A DNA stretch of 64,000 nt, taken from positions 117,758-181,757 of the forward strand of contig RDEW01000069.1 of the NCBI GenBank assembly GCA_011109175.1, given 5' to 3'. The translations under genes and the position numbers were made by a program. The notes under the pieces were generated by a model. The model saw only the letters and a program-made list of their open reading frames with translations, was not told the DNA's origin and ran no database searches. This stretch comes from Dicyema japonicum. Its lineage: Eukaryota; Animalia; Dicyemida. Shown piece after piece: positions 34,975 through 47,345 of this stretch (the stretch's first letter is position 1; each line of letters begins with the position of its first letter).

Positions 34975-36244
34975 CTTTTCGATAAATCAAATAAATATAA
35001 TTTGTCTCTTTTTTTTAAATTAACCTAATCCCGACAAAATTTAAGAAAAATTAAAAGTCCAATCTTTATAGCCTAATTGAAAATGTTTTTCTAGACGCAA
35101 TGTCGTTTTAAATTGTTAATTCACGGGAATTTCTAATCATACGCAGTTTCTATCAACTAGCTAAAAATAGCCTATAAAACCCAACTTCAATGTAACAAAC
35201 TAACCAAATAAATCTCAAGTACAAAAATAAGACAAATTTTTAATTTTGACACTGTTTAAAAAACAAAAAAACTATATCATTTTTTTTAATGTAACAAACT
35301 AACCATATAAAATCTCCCTTTAATTACATAAATAAGACAAATTTATAATTTTAACGCTGTTAAATAACAATTTGAATTTAATATAAAAATTAAATAAATC
35401 GCTGTAGAAAAATTGGGGTCAAAAATCCAGGTTTTTGCGGCTGATTGACCTCAAACCAAGTTCATTCCACGCGTTTTGCTTTTGCGCGTTAAAATATGAA
35501 ATCAGATTGAAAATTGGACGCACGTGGGCGGAGATTTGATAATTGATTATTTTTTAGTTTTTAGAAATTAAATTTGTCTACTGTTCTTGTTTATGTAAGC
35601 CTTGTTAACCTTTAACTAAATTAATTTATTTTTTTGATTACCTAAATGCTACATTCTAAGATAGTTCTAGATATTGACTTAGTCGGCTATGCTTACAGTT
35701 GGTTAGTAATAATGTAACTTTTTTCAAAATAACTTTTGTAAGTGACTGATTATTGTATTTAAGAGACTGAATCGGTATATAGAGGGGAGCAACTTTCTAC
35801 GACCTAATCAATTTGGATTCCGTCCGGGAAGATCATGTGGAGATTGTATCCACTCACTAAACTACGAAATTATAAATACATTGGAGAAGAAATTGATTTG
35901 TCTAATTAAATTTGTCTACTATTCTTGTTTATGTAAGTCTTGTTATCCTTTAACTAAATTAATTTTTTTTTGATTATCCAATTGCTACATTCCAAGATAG
36001 TTCTTGACTTGTCAGCTAGGGTTACAGTTGGTTAGTAATAATGTAACTTTTTGCAAGATAACTTTTGTAAGTAATTAAGTTTCAATTTTATCAATAGGGT
36101 TTTACTCCTTTGGAGTAATTTTCCGATAGATATCTTGACAAAATAAAGGCAGATGTCTTATTACTAGGGATCAAATGATTTCTGGCTAGCAAGTACTATA
36201 GTTGATAAAAGTCAATTAAAGTAAAGGTTTATTTAATAAAATTG

Positions 36245-36607
36245 TTAAGTGGATGCTGGTTTTGCGGGCTCAGCACTTTTGCGACAGATGTATCTTCCGC
36301 AAGAGATTATTGCATTTTGGGTAAGTTCTTTTAATTCGTCATCGGCATTGATTGCGACAGACAGGTGACAAGGTTTGATCCTTCGCTTTGCAGCCTTGAG
36401 TGCAGTATTACCACAAAGTTCCAGCACTTCAGCACATAGATACTCCATTACAGCTCCAACGTAGATGGCAGCACCAACTGCAACTCGCATTCTGGTCTCA
36501 CTTCTCAAGCATCTATGAATTCGACCAACTGGAAATTGCAAGCCTGCTCTAACTGATTTGCTTTTCGCTTTTGTACGTACTTTTCCACCTTTGCCGCGAG
36601 TAGACAT
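36245..36607 (-). CDS. H2A: Histone H2A
   Basis: Intact 120-aa ORF. Confidence 0.95.
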   Translation of the reverse strand: MSTRGKGGKVRTKAKSKSVRAGLQFPVGRIHRCLRSETRMRVAVGAAIYVGAVMEYLCAEVLELCGNTALKAAKRRIKPCHLSVAINADDELKELTQNAIISCGRYICRKSAEPAKPAST

Positions 36608-36787
36608 TTTATTGAAAATTTTGAATTTTTTCGTACTTATGTTTTTAAATTGTGCTTCCGGAAAAAACTTTTAGAATTAGCATAAGAAAATCAATACTTT
36701 CTAAAGTTTTTTCTGGAAGCACAATTTGAAAACATAAAGTACGAAAAAATTCAAAATTTCGATTTCAGAATTTAGATTGACAAGACT

Positions 36788-37154
36788 ATGGTTCAAAAAG
36801 TGAGTACTAAAGGATCTAAACGGCGGCAGTTAAAGTTAGCAGCACCACACGTGCCTTACGAAAAAAGAAAAAGCGATCCCAAAACTATCATTTGTACATT
36901 CTGAGGATTTTGAAATCTGTCCACACTGATTTGGGGATGTCAAAGAAAGCTATGATGGCTATGGACAGCTTTACTTTTGACATTTACGAAAAAATCAAGA
37001 ACGAAGCTTGCAATCTAGTCCAGCATAATAGCAAAGCTACTATCACATCAGAGAAATTCAAACAGCAGTACGCTTGATTTTGCCTGGAGAATTAGCAAAG
37101 CATGCTATTACCGAAGGGGCAAAGGCGGTCACCAAGTATACCAATACTAAGTGA
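36788..37154 (+). CDS. H2B: Histone H2B (two single-base deletions)
   Basis: Aligns to intact copies. Confidence 0.85.
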
Positions 37155-37445
37155 TTTTTACTTGATATAATAAAGAAAACTTGTTTTCTAACATTTTTTT
37201 TTACATAAAAATAGCCCACGTGTCATAATCTTAACAAAAGAATGTTTTTTATTAATTTTAACGCAATAAGAACGTTTTTTATTAATTTTAACGCTATTTA
37301 AAAAGTTCGTTTTAGTGTGTTTTCCAATTTTCACTTTAATATCGATTTGTGCTTCCGTGAAAAACTTTTAATATTATCGATTTGTGCTTCGGCGAAAAAT
37401 TTTTGCGTCGTCAATTTATAAACGCCAAATTTGGAGCGCAAAGCA

Positions 37446-37809
37446 ATGTCTGGACGTGGTAAAGGTGGAAAAGGAGGAAAGTCAGGTGCAAAGCGATTCA
37501 AAAAGATCCTGATCGATAACATTCAGGGGATCACAAGTAACGAAGTTTGGAGATTATCAGGACATCTCACGTGTGGTCTGTGATACAGCGGCCACGTGGT
37601 AAAGGACTCTTCGAAAATAAGCCTCTATTGGATTATATTTTAGAGGAGTCCGAGGAGTAGAGAAGCTCAGAAGGGTCGTTCGCGACTCGATCCTTCTGTC
37701 GTTCAGAGTCAATATGGGGATCGATGGCAGGGCTGCTTTCCACACTGCAGCGGACATCCCCACACAGCAAGCGGTTGATCAAGCTGTGCCTGCACAGGAG
37801 GATGGAGGT
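37446..37809 (+). mobile_element. H4 5' end (37446-37536) joined to a family A 5' end, cut by the gap
   Basis: gatcacaa|gtaacgaagtttggagattatcaggac; error-rich contig end, so frame and subtype cannot be determined. Confidence 0.85.
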
Positions 37810-38325
37810 NNNNNNNNNNNNNNNNNNNNNNNNNNNNNNNNNNNNNNNNNNNNNNNNNNNNNNNNNNNNNNNNNNNNNNNNNNNNNNNNNNNNNNNNNNN
37901 NNNNNNNNNNNNNNNNNNNNNNNNNNNNNNNNNNNNNNNNNNNNNNNNNNNNNNNNNNNNNNNNNNNNNNNNNNNNNNNNNNNNNNNNNNNNNNNNNNNN
38001 NNNNNNNNNNNNNNNNNNNNNNNNNNNNNNNNNNNNNNNNNNNNNNNNNNNNNNNNNNNNNNNNNNNNNNNNNNNNNNNNNNNNNNNNNNNNNNNNNNNN
38101 NNNNNNNNNNNNNNNNNNNNNNNNNNNNNNNNNNNNNNNNNNNNNNNNNNNNNNNNNNNNNNNNNNNNNNNNNNNNNNNNNNNNNNNNNNNNNNNNNNNN
38201 NNNNNNNNNNNNNNNNNNNNNNNNNNNNNNNNNNNNNNNNNNNNNNNNNNNNNNNNNNNNNNNNNNNNNNNNNNNNNNNNNNNNNNNNNNNNNNNNNNNN
38301 NNNNNNNNNNNNNNNNNNNNNNNNN
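37810..38325. other. Assembly gap, 516 N; further single-N joins at 41088 and 59459
   Basis: N characters in the sequence. Confidence 1.
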
Positions 38326-38599
38326 TCGTGGCAATGAGGGAGATCAGAAGATATCAAAAGAGTACTGACCTTCTATTGCGAAAGACACCGTTCCAAAGGG
38401 TTGTTAGAGAAGCAGCACAATTTATGAAGACAGATTTACGTTTCCAATCATCGGCCATTGTTGCTCTTCAGGAGCTGCAGAGACTTATTTGGTCGGGATT
38501 TTTGAGGATAGTAATTTGTGTGCAATACATGGAAAACGAGTAACAATAATGCCACAGGATATGCACCTAGCAAGGAGAATTCGTGGTGAAAAAACATAG
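38326..38599 (+). CDS. H3: Histone H3, 3' part only, ending in TAG at the junction with unrelated DNA
   Basis: [12 protein letters not shown]...RRIRGEKT; one indel. Confidence 0.85.
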
Positions 38600-39396
38600 C
38601 TGATACTGTGTCGGATAGAAATATAGACTGACTGAAACGGCCCACCTTCGTTCGAAGTCCTCGTCTGTTAGAAGGGGAGAGTTGTAGTGAATCGAGTTAT
38701 TCTCAAGTACATAAGAGAATAATACCATTACAGTGTAAAAAACTACTCTGCTCTCTCCGTTTGAGACCAAATAAATTTCGCTCGTCGAACAAAAACAAAG
38801 GTATGTCTATGTTACATTATATGTGGAACTTGTTTGGATATGTCGTCAGAAAGTTCCGCATAAAAATTGGGAGAATCTTGGTTCAACGTCCACTCCCAAT
38901 AGCGATTTTCTGATTTACTAGTCGTGTTAAAATAACCTGTGGAGTCGAAGCACTGATAGCCGATATAAACTTTGAATTTCTACTAAGGGCACGCTTTGAA
39001 CTCCTCCTCGGAAATGTGGTTTATAAGTCTAACGGGCTCACTTAAATTGCTGAGTACATACAGAATACCATGTTGTAGTATCCCACACTATGAGGGAAAT
39101 TCCTTCTTCGGAGCTATCCCGCTAACCATCCATTTCCGATCATAACTCACAGCAATGCAGTCACTTCTTCAGCTGAAGGATAATATTTTTTTCTGTACAT
39201 GGCCTCGAAGAATTTGTTGTGTTTGCTTATTGTAATCATAGAGAAGACAAATGTTTGACGACGAATATGCCACCAGGCTTCGGCATTTGTCGCTCAGATC
39301 GAAATTCCTGTAGTATGATTTATCCCGTAGGCCATTTAACGTCCTTTGAATAACAAACACTACTGACCAATGCTCCATTCCTCCAGAAATACTCAT
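38600..39396 (-). CDS. CFAP251: Cilia- and flagella-associated WD40 protein CFAP251/WDR66-like, N-terminal part only, with tiny introns and indels
   Basis: YDYNKQTQQILRGH, IAVSYDRKWMVS..DS..EGISLIVWD, WEWTL, VSNGESRVVFY, PLLTDEDF..GRFSQSIF recall human WDR66 LQGH..CVSEDRRWIATAD..IIWD, LVSNS, PLLTEKTF..GKFSQSIF. Confidence 0.75.
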
Positions 39397-39698
39397 TTGT
39401 GCTGTTTCTATGAAACATTAAATATATTCTTATTTATATTACAACAATGTTTAAATAAAATCAAATTAAATAAAAACGATTTGAAAATTTTCAAGTTTTT
39501 CTATCCAAAAAAACAGAATATCGGGACTCTTCGATCAATATTTTTTATTCTTCCGACTTTTGCTAGCTTTATATTAATAATGTATAATTGTTAACTTAAG
39601 ACGTTAATTAATAAATTGTGATACGTTTGAATGGTTGCTGTGGTATACTTGGATTTTTTTAGCCGACGTCTTTAATGGATGCTCCTTTAGAATTTAGC

Positions 39699-40327
39699 AT
39701 GGAATCTAGCCCACCGCGTGGAAAGTAAGATTTATAAACTAAATTAAAGTTCATTTGTAATACCGTTTTTCCACTTCTTCTTTCGAAGTGCAGCTTTTGT
39801 GCTGTATATTATTTTGGATTTTAGATATAATTATACTACTGAATTAGTAATTATCCTGATTCTGCTTGCCATTGATTTTTGGATAGTGAAAAACGTAACA
39901 GGTCGGTTATTGGTCGGTCTACGCTGGTGGAATTTTGTTGATGAAAGTGGAGAGAGCAAATGGTACTATGAGTCGTCTAAGCAATTTCAAGTTACTACTC
40001 TCTGTTGACTTTAGGTCAAAAATGGCAGAGATAAAACAGTTTTTTGGACAGGTCTTTTTCTGTTTCCGTTTTGCTGGTGTTTTTTTGCGTTCTTCCACCT
40101 TATTTCTTTCAGTATTCGTTGGCTGGTTTGTTGTTCTCGTTTAGCAATTTATAGTTCCTTGACGTGGTCGCACTTATCATGTTTGGCTCTAATTTATACG
40201 GCTATTTGCGTTGTTGGTTGGGTGCCAAAGGTGGGTCATTGGCAGAGGCGACCAAAGGATACTTTTCTGCCAAGGTATTTGACTCCGTCTTAAGAGAATG
40301 ACGCCAACCCAGACTGTCGACATTTAG
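39699..40327 (+). CDS. TVP23: Golgi membrane protein TVP23/FAM18; introns 39725-39749, 39991-40014, 40126-40154 (stop at 40301, or 40327 if 40275-40294 is spliced)
   Basis: PFFHFFFR..DFWIVKNVTGRLLVGLRWWN..DESGESKW..VFWTGL..SNLYGYLRC. Confidence 0.9.
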
Positions 40328-40437
40328 AACATTTTAATAAATTAATGAATTGTTTGATTAATGTTACGGCTGTCTAGTTGCCATTTAATGTAATTTCAAA
40401 AATGGGATTCAGATTAAGAATTGAAATAAAGAATGGT

Positions 40438-41076
40438 TTAGTTAGAGTAGTATACTCGGTTGAATGAATCCAAATAAAGTTTAATCACCTGCTGACGTTT
40501 AATTTTCATTGTGGGTGTCAACAGTTCGTTAGCAGTTGTGAACTCGTTGTAGTCCAATACGAGACCTCTTATTTGTTCAAAACCAAACAACTCTGCATCC
40601 TTCCCCAATGCATGTAATTCTTTGATAAATTTCTTTATTAGTTCCTTCGTATAAACACAAGTCAGAAACTTGATTGTTTAATAAATCTGAACTCTCAGAA
40701 GCAATAGACATATTTTTGGCAAATTCCAAGAGGTTTTCTTCGATGACAATGACAAGAGCGATAGGATAATCTTCCGACTGTCTCCATAAACCACGATCTG
40801 ATGGACCAGCGGGTGCCTTGCGTAAATTGTTTCTATTTTGTCAGGAATGATATACTCCCTTCAATGTTAAAGTATATCTACCTGACTGAGCTTGAATATG
40901 TTTTTGCTCCTATCGATGATAGAATAGGTCCCATTCTGTTCATGATCATGCTAAGTTACCTTGTTCAGTCTTGCAATATCTCCAGACCTAAAAAACCCGT
41001 CTTCATCGAAAGCTTCCCGGTCGATGTCAGGGCGCTTGTAATATCCAGGGGTTACATTTGGTCCTCTAATGCAAAG
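40438..41076 (-). CDS. ACSL: Long-chain acyl-CoA synthetase, C-terminal part (upstream lost at the N join); introns 40936-40959 and 40859-40881
   Basis: [60 protein letters not shown]; a few indels. Confidence 0.85.
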
Positions 41077-42065
41077 CTAATCAAATGNAATCGACGAATC
41101 AAATGTAAATTCTTATATCTTATCCAAAGGATAGCCCATCGACATAACTCTTAAAGAATTTATAGACGATACATCCCAGGTCACAACTAACCGAATAATT
41201 TTAATTGACAGCGTATACAACCGAGAGTTCTCCTGCAAGAGGTTTGGAACCGTACGAGATATAAAGAATCGAAATACATTTAATATTCTTGAGCATTTAA
41301 ATGACTTTTTAAAAAATGCTAAACGTGCACAGATGTCGTCTATCTTGTCAATTGGCGTGAGATTCAATGCTAATTTCATAACTTTCAACTTTAATCTTTC
41401 TAGTACTAATACGAGATGTTAGAGATCCAGAGATTGGGGACAATGAAAATTGAGTTAAATAAGTAAAAGTCTGGTTGTGGAGGTCCCAGAAGACTCAGCG
41501 CCGCTTGTCAAATAATCGACCTCGAGACAGGCCTTCCGCAGCTGCTAACTTACTTAGGTATTCCAAAAACTAAATATAAATTGACACGATTAAATATGAA
41601 TTTGAATTTATGTCCATAATGACAAGGCCATTTCAACCTAGCAAGAAGATGAAACTAAAATCAATGGCGCATAGCTTACATTAAAGGAACTCAAAGTTCG
41701 AATATGATATTAGCCGAGTCCTCGGACACGTATATGTCGAAATGCTACCAGTTATATGAATTGAATTAAGATGATAGATATTGCTGAAGCTTGTTCAAAC
41801 TGAAAAGTATGGCAGAATCTATATTCCTGTCTAATATAGAAGACGACCATCGAAGGGGAGTTCTCTCTACTATAATAATAAATAATAATTTTAGCACTAC
41901 CGCGTTGCCATAAGCACGTATGATGCCTAGGGTTTCGCTCGTGCAGACACACACTTTATTTAAATAAAAAACAGTTATAACTAATCGTACAGGGAGAAAT
42001 CAAGGAATGCTCTTTACTTCTTTGTTTTTTTCTTTTTCTTGTGTGATATGTCTTTTGACTATCCA

Positions 42066-44940
42066 GTGGCTTGAGGGACACAGGGCGAGCCATACCAAGT
42101 GCCCCCTGTATCAGGAGGCGACGGAGAAGGTACCACAGGGGAGAAGGCAGGCGCCCTCCTCTGGAGTGGTCAGTGATGTAAGCGCTGTCCACCGCGTGGT
42201 AAGTCGATACTGTAGCAGCACAGGTTCAACGTTCCCTAATGCGCTTAGGGACATTGCGCTCTGCGATAGGAAGGTAAGTGCGGCGAAGTGATGTTACGCA
42301 TCATTTCAGTTAATGTTAGGTCCCTCCGGAGAAGAAGGAAGGCCATCGAGGATCTTCTGGACTCTTTGGAGGTGGACATCTTGGTCCTTAACGAGACCAA
42401 GAGTAAGGATACGGCTGCTGCAGGCTTTAAAGGCTATACTAGTTGTCATCTCTTGTGGAATGACACACATAGAGGTTCGGGCACTAGTATCTATTGGAGG
42501 ACGAGTCTAGCAGCAGTCGTCCAAGGTATTTCAAATTGTCCTCATTGCGAGTTAATATTATTACGAATCAGATTATCTAGCTTTAGCGTTGTTATAGGGG
42601 CAATGTATGCCAAGCAGTTGTGGTTGTGTAAGGACCACATTAAAACTGTATTTGACATTCATCCCCATTGCGTTATTTTTGGTGATCTGAATGCTAAGCA
42701 TTCAGATTTTGGCTGTTTTGTTAATAATAGGGCTGGATCAGCACTCCGGGAATTAGCTTGGAATCTTGGGCTCTCAGTCACTACATCGACGGACCCCAAT
42801 CACAAAGATACACGAGGAGGAGAGGACTTCTTGGGTATGGCCGTAGCCTCCCCTTCATTAATTGGTATGCTCTCTGTACCTCGTGTTCTTAGGGACATCG
42901 GAAGCGATCACCGTCCCCTACTCACCGAGCTTCACGAACCTGTTCGACCTCAGGCCCCAATTGGCTATGACTTGGGCTCTGGCACTTGGGATAACCTGGA
43001 GTCGTTCATGGATAGAAAACTCCCTTCTCTCAAAGGGCAAGTTTGTAGTGAAGCGGACGTGGAGGAATTGGATGCCACCCTGGGTGGTATCCTCGAGGAA
43101 TACATGCGGACTAACTTCCGGTTACGTCCGCAGGTGGAGGCTCCGCACGAATTCCAGGCCTGATTTTAAGTAAGATAACACTTAGAAAGAGGTACCTGCG
43201 GTTCAAAGCGAGGAGCACGTATGAAGAGAACCGGATCTTCTACCAGAAGAAGGTAAACACCTTACGAAGGGAAATCCGGAAGGCGCTCGTCGACTATCAG
43301 AGCAACAAATGGAGGAGGGCCTGCGAGAGGGTGAACCCCGCATGGCCGGACTTCTGGAGTCAGCTGAAGCGCCTGTCGGGCAGAGGGGAAGAGTCATCTG
43401 CGCGTACCCTGTGTCGTGCGGACGGTTCTAAAACCTCTGACCCGACTGAAATAGCGAGCATCTTTGCAGGTAGCTTTAGGGCAGTTACTGCAGTTCGACC
43501 AGAGAACTTTGTCGAGTTAACAGCTCGACAAAGTATAGAGGACGTCATCTCTACGGAGAGACGGAAGTTGAGCCACTCTCGGGGATCCCGAAGGTGGCAT
43601 GCATCACCGAGGAGGAGGTCCGGGCCGCGATAAGTAAATCGAAGAACAACGCACCGGGCCAAGACAAGATCCCCATGGCCCTTTTCAAGAAAGGACCTGG
43701 AAGTCTCGTGAACACCTTGGTAAGATTGTACAACGGTAGCTACAGGTTGGGTTACGTTCCTAGGCGTTGGAAGGAAGCGGAACTGGTTTTTGTAAGGAAA
43801 CCAGGAAAACCTCCTGAAGACCCTAGTAGCTACCGCCCTATAAGCTTGTTACCTGCCGTTGCTAAAATCTTAGAGAGAGTGATACACCAGAGGTTAACCC
43901 AGGAATGCATAATAAAAGACACCCTCTCGGACCTTCAGATGGGATTCCGTGAGGGGCGTTCCTGTGGGGACTGCCTTGGAGGTTGAGCTCTCAGATTCGT
44001 GAAAGGAGTAAAAAGCAATGCACAGCCGCGTTGTTCCTGGATGTGGAGAGGGCGTTCGACTCGGTCTGGCATGACGGCCTCCGTTGCGCCCTCGCAGAAG
44101 GAGGAATATCTCTGGAACTAAGGAGCTGGTTATCAAGCTTCTTAGAGGATCGGATGAACTACGTAAGGCATAAAGGTTGCCGATCTAGTTTGTTTAGATC
44201 TAACCGGGGAGTTCCACAAGGGTCGGTTCTGAGCCCCACCCTTTTTAACATATACATGTCTACACTCCCCCACCCGGCCAATGTGAGGACGGAGATGGCT
44301 GTCTATGCGGACGACATAGTACTCTGGGATCACTCGTGGAAACCAGATGTAGCGTGTCGGAGGATTCAAGTAGCTGTCAATGAAATCATACGCTGGTGTG
44401 GGAGCAGAGGACTCAGGCTGAGACCTGAGAAATGCAAGTTGTTAGTTTTTGGCCGCCCTAAGCGGTCTAATAATTTAATACCTAGAGTAACCATCTATGG
44501 GGTACCTATAGAGGTTACTGGGCGGACGAGCTACCTTGGAGTGACATTCAACTCCAAGTGTAGTTTCCAGGAGCACACCGCCCTCGTTAAGAGGCGGGCT
44601 GTGCAAAGATTAGGAGCGTTGAGGGCTTTTCAGCTGAGTCGCGATGCCTGGGCCAAAGTGTTCAACGCCATGGTGCTGCCTATGCTCACTTATGGTGCGC
44701 ACTCCTGGTATTGCAGTGAGGAACGCGAAAAGTGCCTCACCAACTTGAGGAAGTTTCGGCGGCGGGCAATACGGAATTCCCTAGGATTGTGTTATAGAGC
44801 GCCGCTGCCCGAAAGAGGATATCCGGATTTTAAGGACCCGGAGGAAGTTATTAAAAAGATCTTGAAAATAAATTAAAGAAGGAGGCACGGGGAAGACGAA
44901 AGTGATGGCACGAAAACGCTGCCGCAAGGCGGTGAAAGGG
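42066..44940 (+). mobile_element. Family A LINE fragment (end of ORF1 + ORF2), 5'-truncated, tail missing, frameshifted
   Basis: Near-identical to about 26138-29007; ends at gcggtgaaaggg. Confidence 0.93.
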
Positions 44941-45270
44941 TTTCTACAACTTTAACCTATATACCTACCACATGGTCCAGTTTATAACTTTGAAAAAATG
45001 AACTTTTTGATTATTTTTAGCCGTACTGATGAAATGGATCCTTAGAGAAAGATCCTTCTACATTATAATATGAGAAGCTTCAAGATATCCACATAAAGAG
45101 AAAATATCGAGACTACATCTTTTTGGTTGAACTAGCTGATGTGGTTCTTTCACACATATCGATAAGGATTAAAATAATATCTTTATGGAGACAATGATTT
45201 GAGTTCATTATGTTATAAATGATTTTATCCATAAGAATTATTATTCGTCCTGAGAGAAATAAATATAAGC

Positions 45271-45516
45271 ATTAAAGGAATTGACGAATATGAGGATGTC
45301 TCACGCGTGGTTCAGTGACTCTTCTCAAATAAACCTTCTATTGGAATTTATTTTAGAGATGTCAAAGGCTTGGAAAAACTCAGGCTGGTCGTTCGCGACT
45401 CGGTCCTCCTGGCTTTCCGAGTGAATATGGGGATCGATGGCAGGGCTGCTTTTCACACGGGAGCGGACATTTCCCCACAGTCAGCGGTTGAACATGCTGT
45501 GCCTGCTACGAGGAGG
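45271..45516 (+). mobile_element. Diverged remnant of a family-A-related ORF1 N-terminus
   Basis: [61 protein letters not shown]. Confidence 0.85.
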
Positions 45517-46980
45517 AAGACATTTGAGACATAAGTTTTCAATGGGATAACAGACCGAATTCAAGAATATTCATATTTCAGAATTGTTAAGAATTTATAA
45601 TTAATTTAATGATACAATCAAACTGTCTAAAAAAATTCAAAGAAAAAGAACATCCAGGAACCAGTAGCCATAACTCCATAGAATAATTTTATGGCCATCA
45701 ATATCTTGGATGTCAAAAATGTAATCATCATATACAAAAAAGGCTAACGTTATGAAATATGGAATTCAATATTAACTGAAAGTGTTAAAAAACCGATGTC
45801 TAGAGTATTATTAAGAACTTCAAAAAAAACACACATATCTGAAGAAAATTTATTCAATTATTTTTCTATTTCAGGTAAAAATTTAGTTGATGAGAATCAG
45901 TAAGTAAATATTATAATTGATGAAATCCTCAGACACAGAAAAAAAATTTTCAGGAATTTATGTAACCAAAAGGATGATTTTTCAAATGCAAGTTAATGAA
46001 TCTAAATACGCGTTTTAAATGATTATGGGACGAATCCATGGCTAAAGTTGAACAGATTTGAATCTCCATATGAAGAGATAAGTAAAACTACTCAATTTTT
46101 GTCAAACATCCAATCGAGGTTTATTTAATTTTTTATAACAGATTAAGGCACGTTCAGGTTAGGTTAAAATAGTCAACATGAGTCGAGTCAATTAAATATA
46201 GCTTTAAAAAAATAAATTCTTTGATTCAAAATCAATTAATATTGATTGAATAACAGGAGGTGACATGTCTTTTGAAAGGTGAAATGTTACCAGCACTAGA
46301 TGGGTAACCCGGGCAAGACGCGGCAGACTTTGTAGCTGATTACAATCAAAGGTTATCTCCTTTATAAAAAGTATTTATTATATATATTTTTAGTACAGAA
46401 AAATCGTCGATAATAATTTGTATAAAATCAAAAAGGTAGCCAGGATAAAGATGAAATAGGTTATGCAACGAAACCAATGCTCAAACAATAAAAATCGATA
46501 GTGAAGATTCAATATAGTTCGAATAAAATGAAGTAAATGTTATTTTTCTCTTCGAATTATATATTTTATTGGATTATTGATATAAACCAGGTGAAAAAAA
46601 GCTCAAAACTGCGGACAAGCAGACAATTTGAGATCGATTGCATTCGACAGAGGAGATTAACTCTAAATATTGTTTTGAGTGTTCCCCATGCGGTGCTATA
46701 AACATGTTGGCTTTCGTGAAAGTACCTTAATAATAATAATAAATTGAATTACTGAAAATATTCTTGACATGATGCAGATCATAACAATTCGAACAAACAG
46801 ACTAAAAAGAAATATTAACAAAAGAATATTAATAGGGGGAAATCAAATAGTAAAAAATAATCCATATTCATAGGTTAACAAAATATAAAATATATATTAG
46901 ACATTTTGATAACAACCTTCAACACTATTTGATGAATCCAATTATATAATGTTTGACAATACAACAGACGAATATTGTAA

Positions 46981-47345
46981 AATGGAAAAAGACCTGACAG
47001 GATTACCCTTTTCCCCTTCACGTCTGGAAGATCTTTGGTCTGGGAAGCAACTTGTGTAGACACGTTCTCAAGCAAGAATATTTTCAAATCGGTTCAGACA
47101 CCTGGAACGGCTGCTTCGACTGCGGAGAACCTACAAAATCAAAAATATTCTTGCCTCGGGGATCGCTACCGATTTACTCCTGTTGCGACCGAATCATCGG
47201 GAGCCGTCGGTCCAATGACGGCCGAGTTCTTGCGAGAACTCGGAGGATTGTTTGCCGGAAAGAAAAGGATATACGAGAGTGCTTATGGCTAAGACAAAAG
47301 ATTGGAATAGCCATACTCCGAGGGAACTCGTATACAATAAAATAA
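46981..47345 (+). mobile_element. CRE-like RLE endonuclease 3' fragment
   Basis: NGKRPD..FP..GRSLVWEATCVDT..AAS.AE..K..KY..F.PVA.ESSG..RE..WLRQKIGIAILRGNS. Confidence 0.8.

Larger units (their letters stand above)
3049..37809. repeat. Tandem histone gene array, ~6 units of ~3.45-3.6 kb (H2A minus, H2B, H4, H3 plus), each enlarged by a LINE insertion
   Basis: H3 ATGs at 8853, 13998, 19386, 29102, 34564; spacers alignable between units. Confidence 0.97.

Noticed and set aside
7499-37154. Frameshifted histone and ORF1 copies as pseudogenes
   Set aside because: Lesions are scattered 1-nt indels, mostly in homopolymers, differ between copies and also hit neighbouring host genes; typical of unpolished long-read consensus
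3049-37809. Linker histone H1 or 5S rRNA within the repeat unit
   Set aside because: No Lys/Ala/Pro-rich ORF and no recognisable 5S sequence in any spacer
37633-38368. Long ORFs in the track across the N run
   Set aside because: Artefacts of translating N; the 516-N gap is also too short to hold the expected rest of the unit, so its size is unreliable
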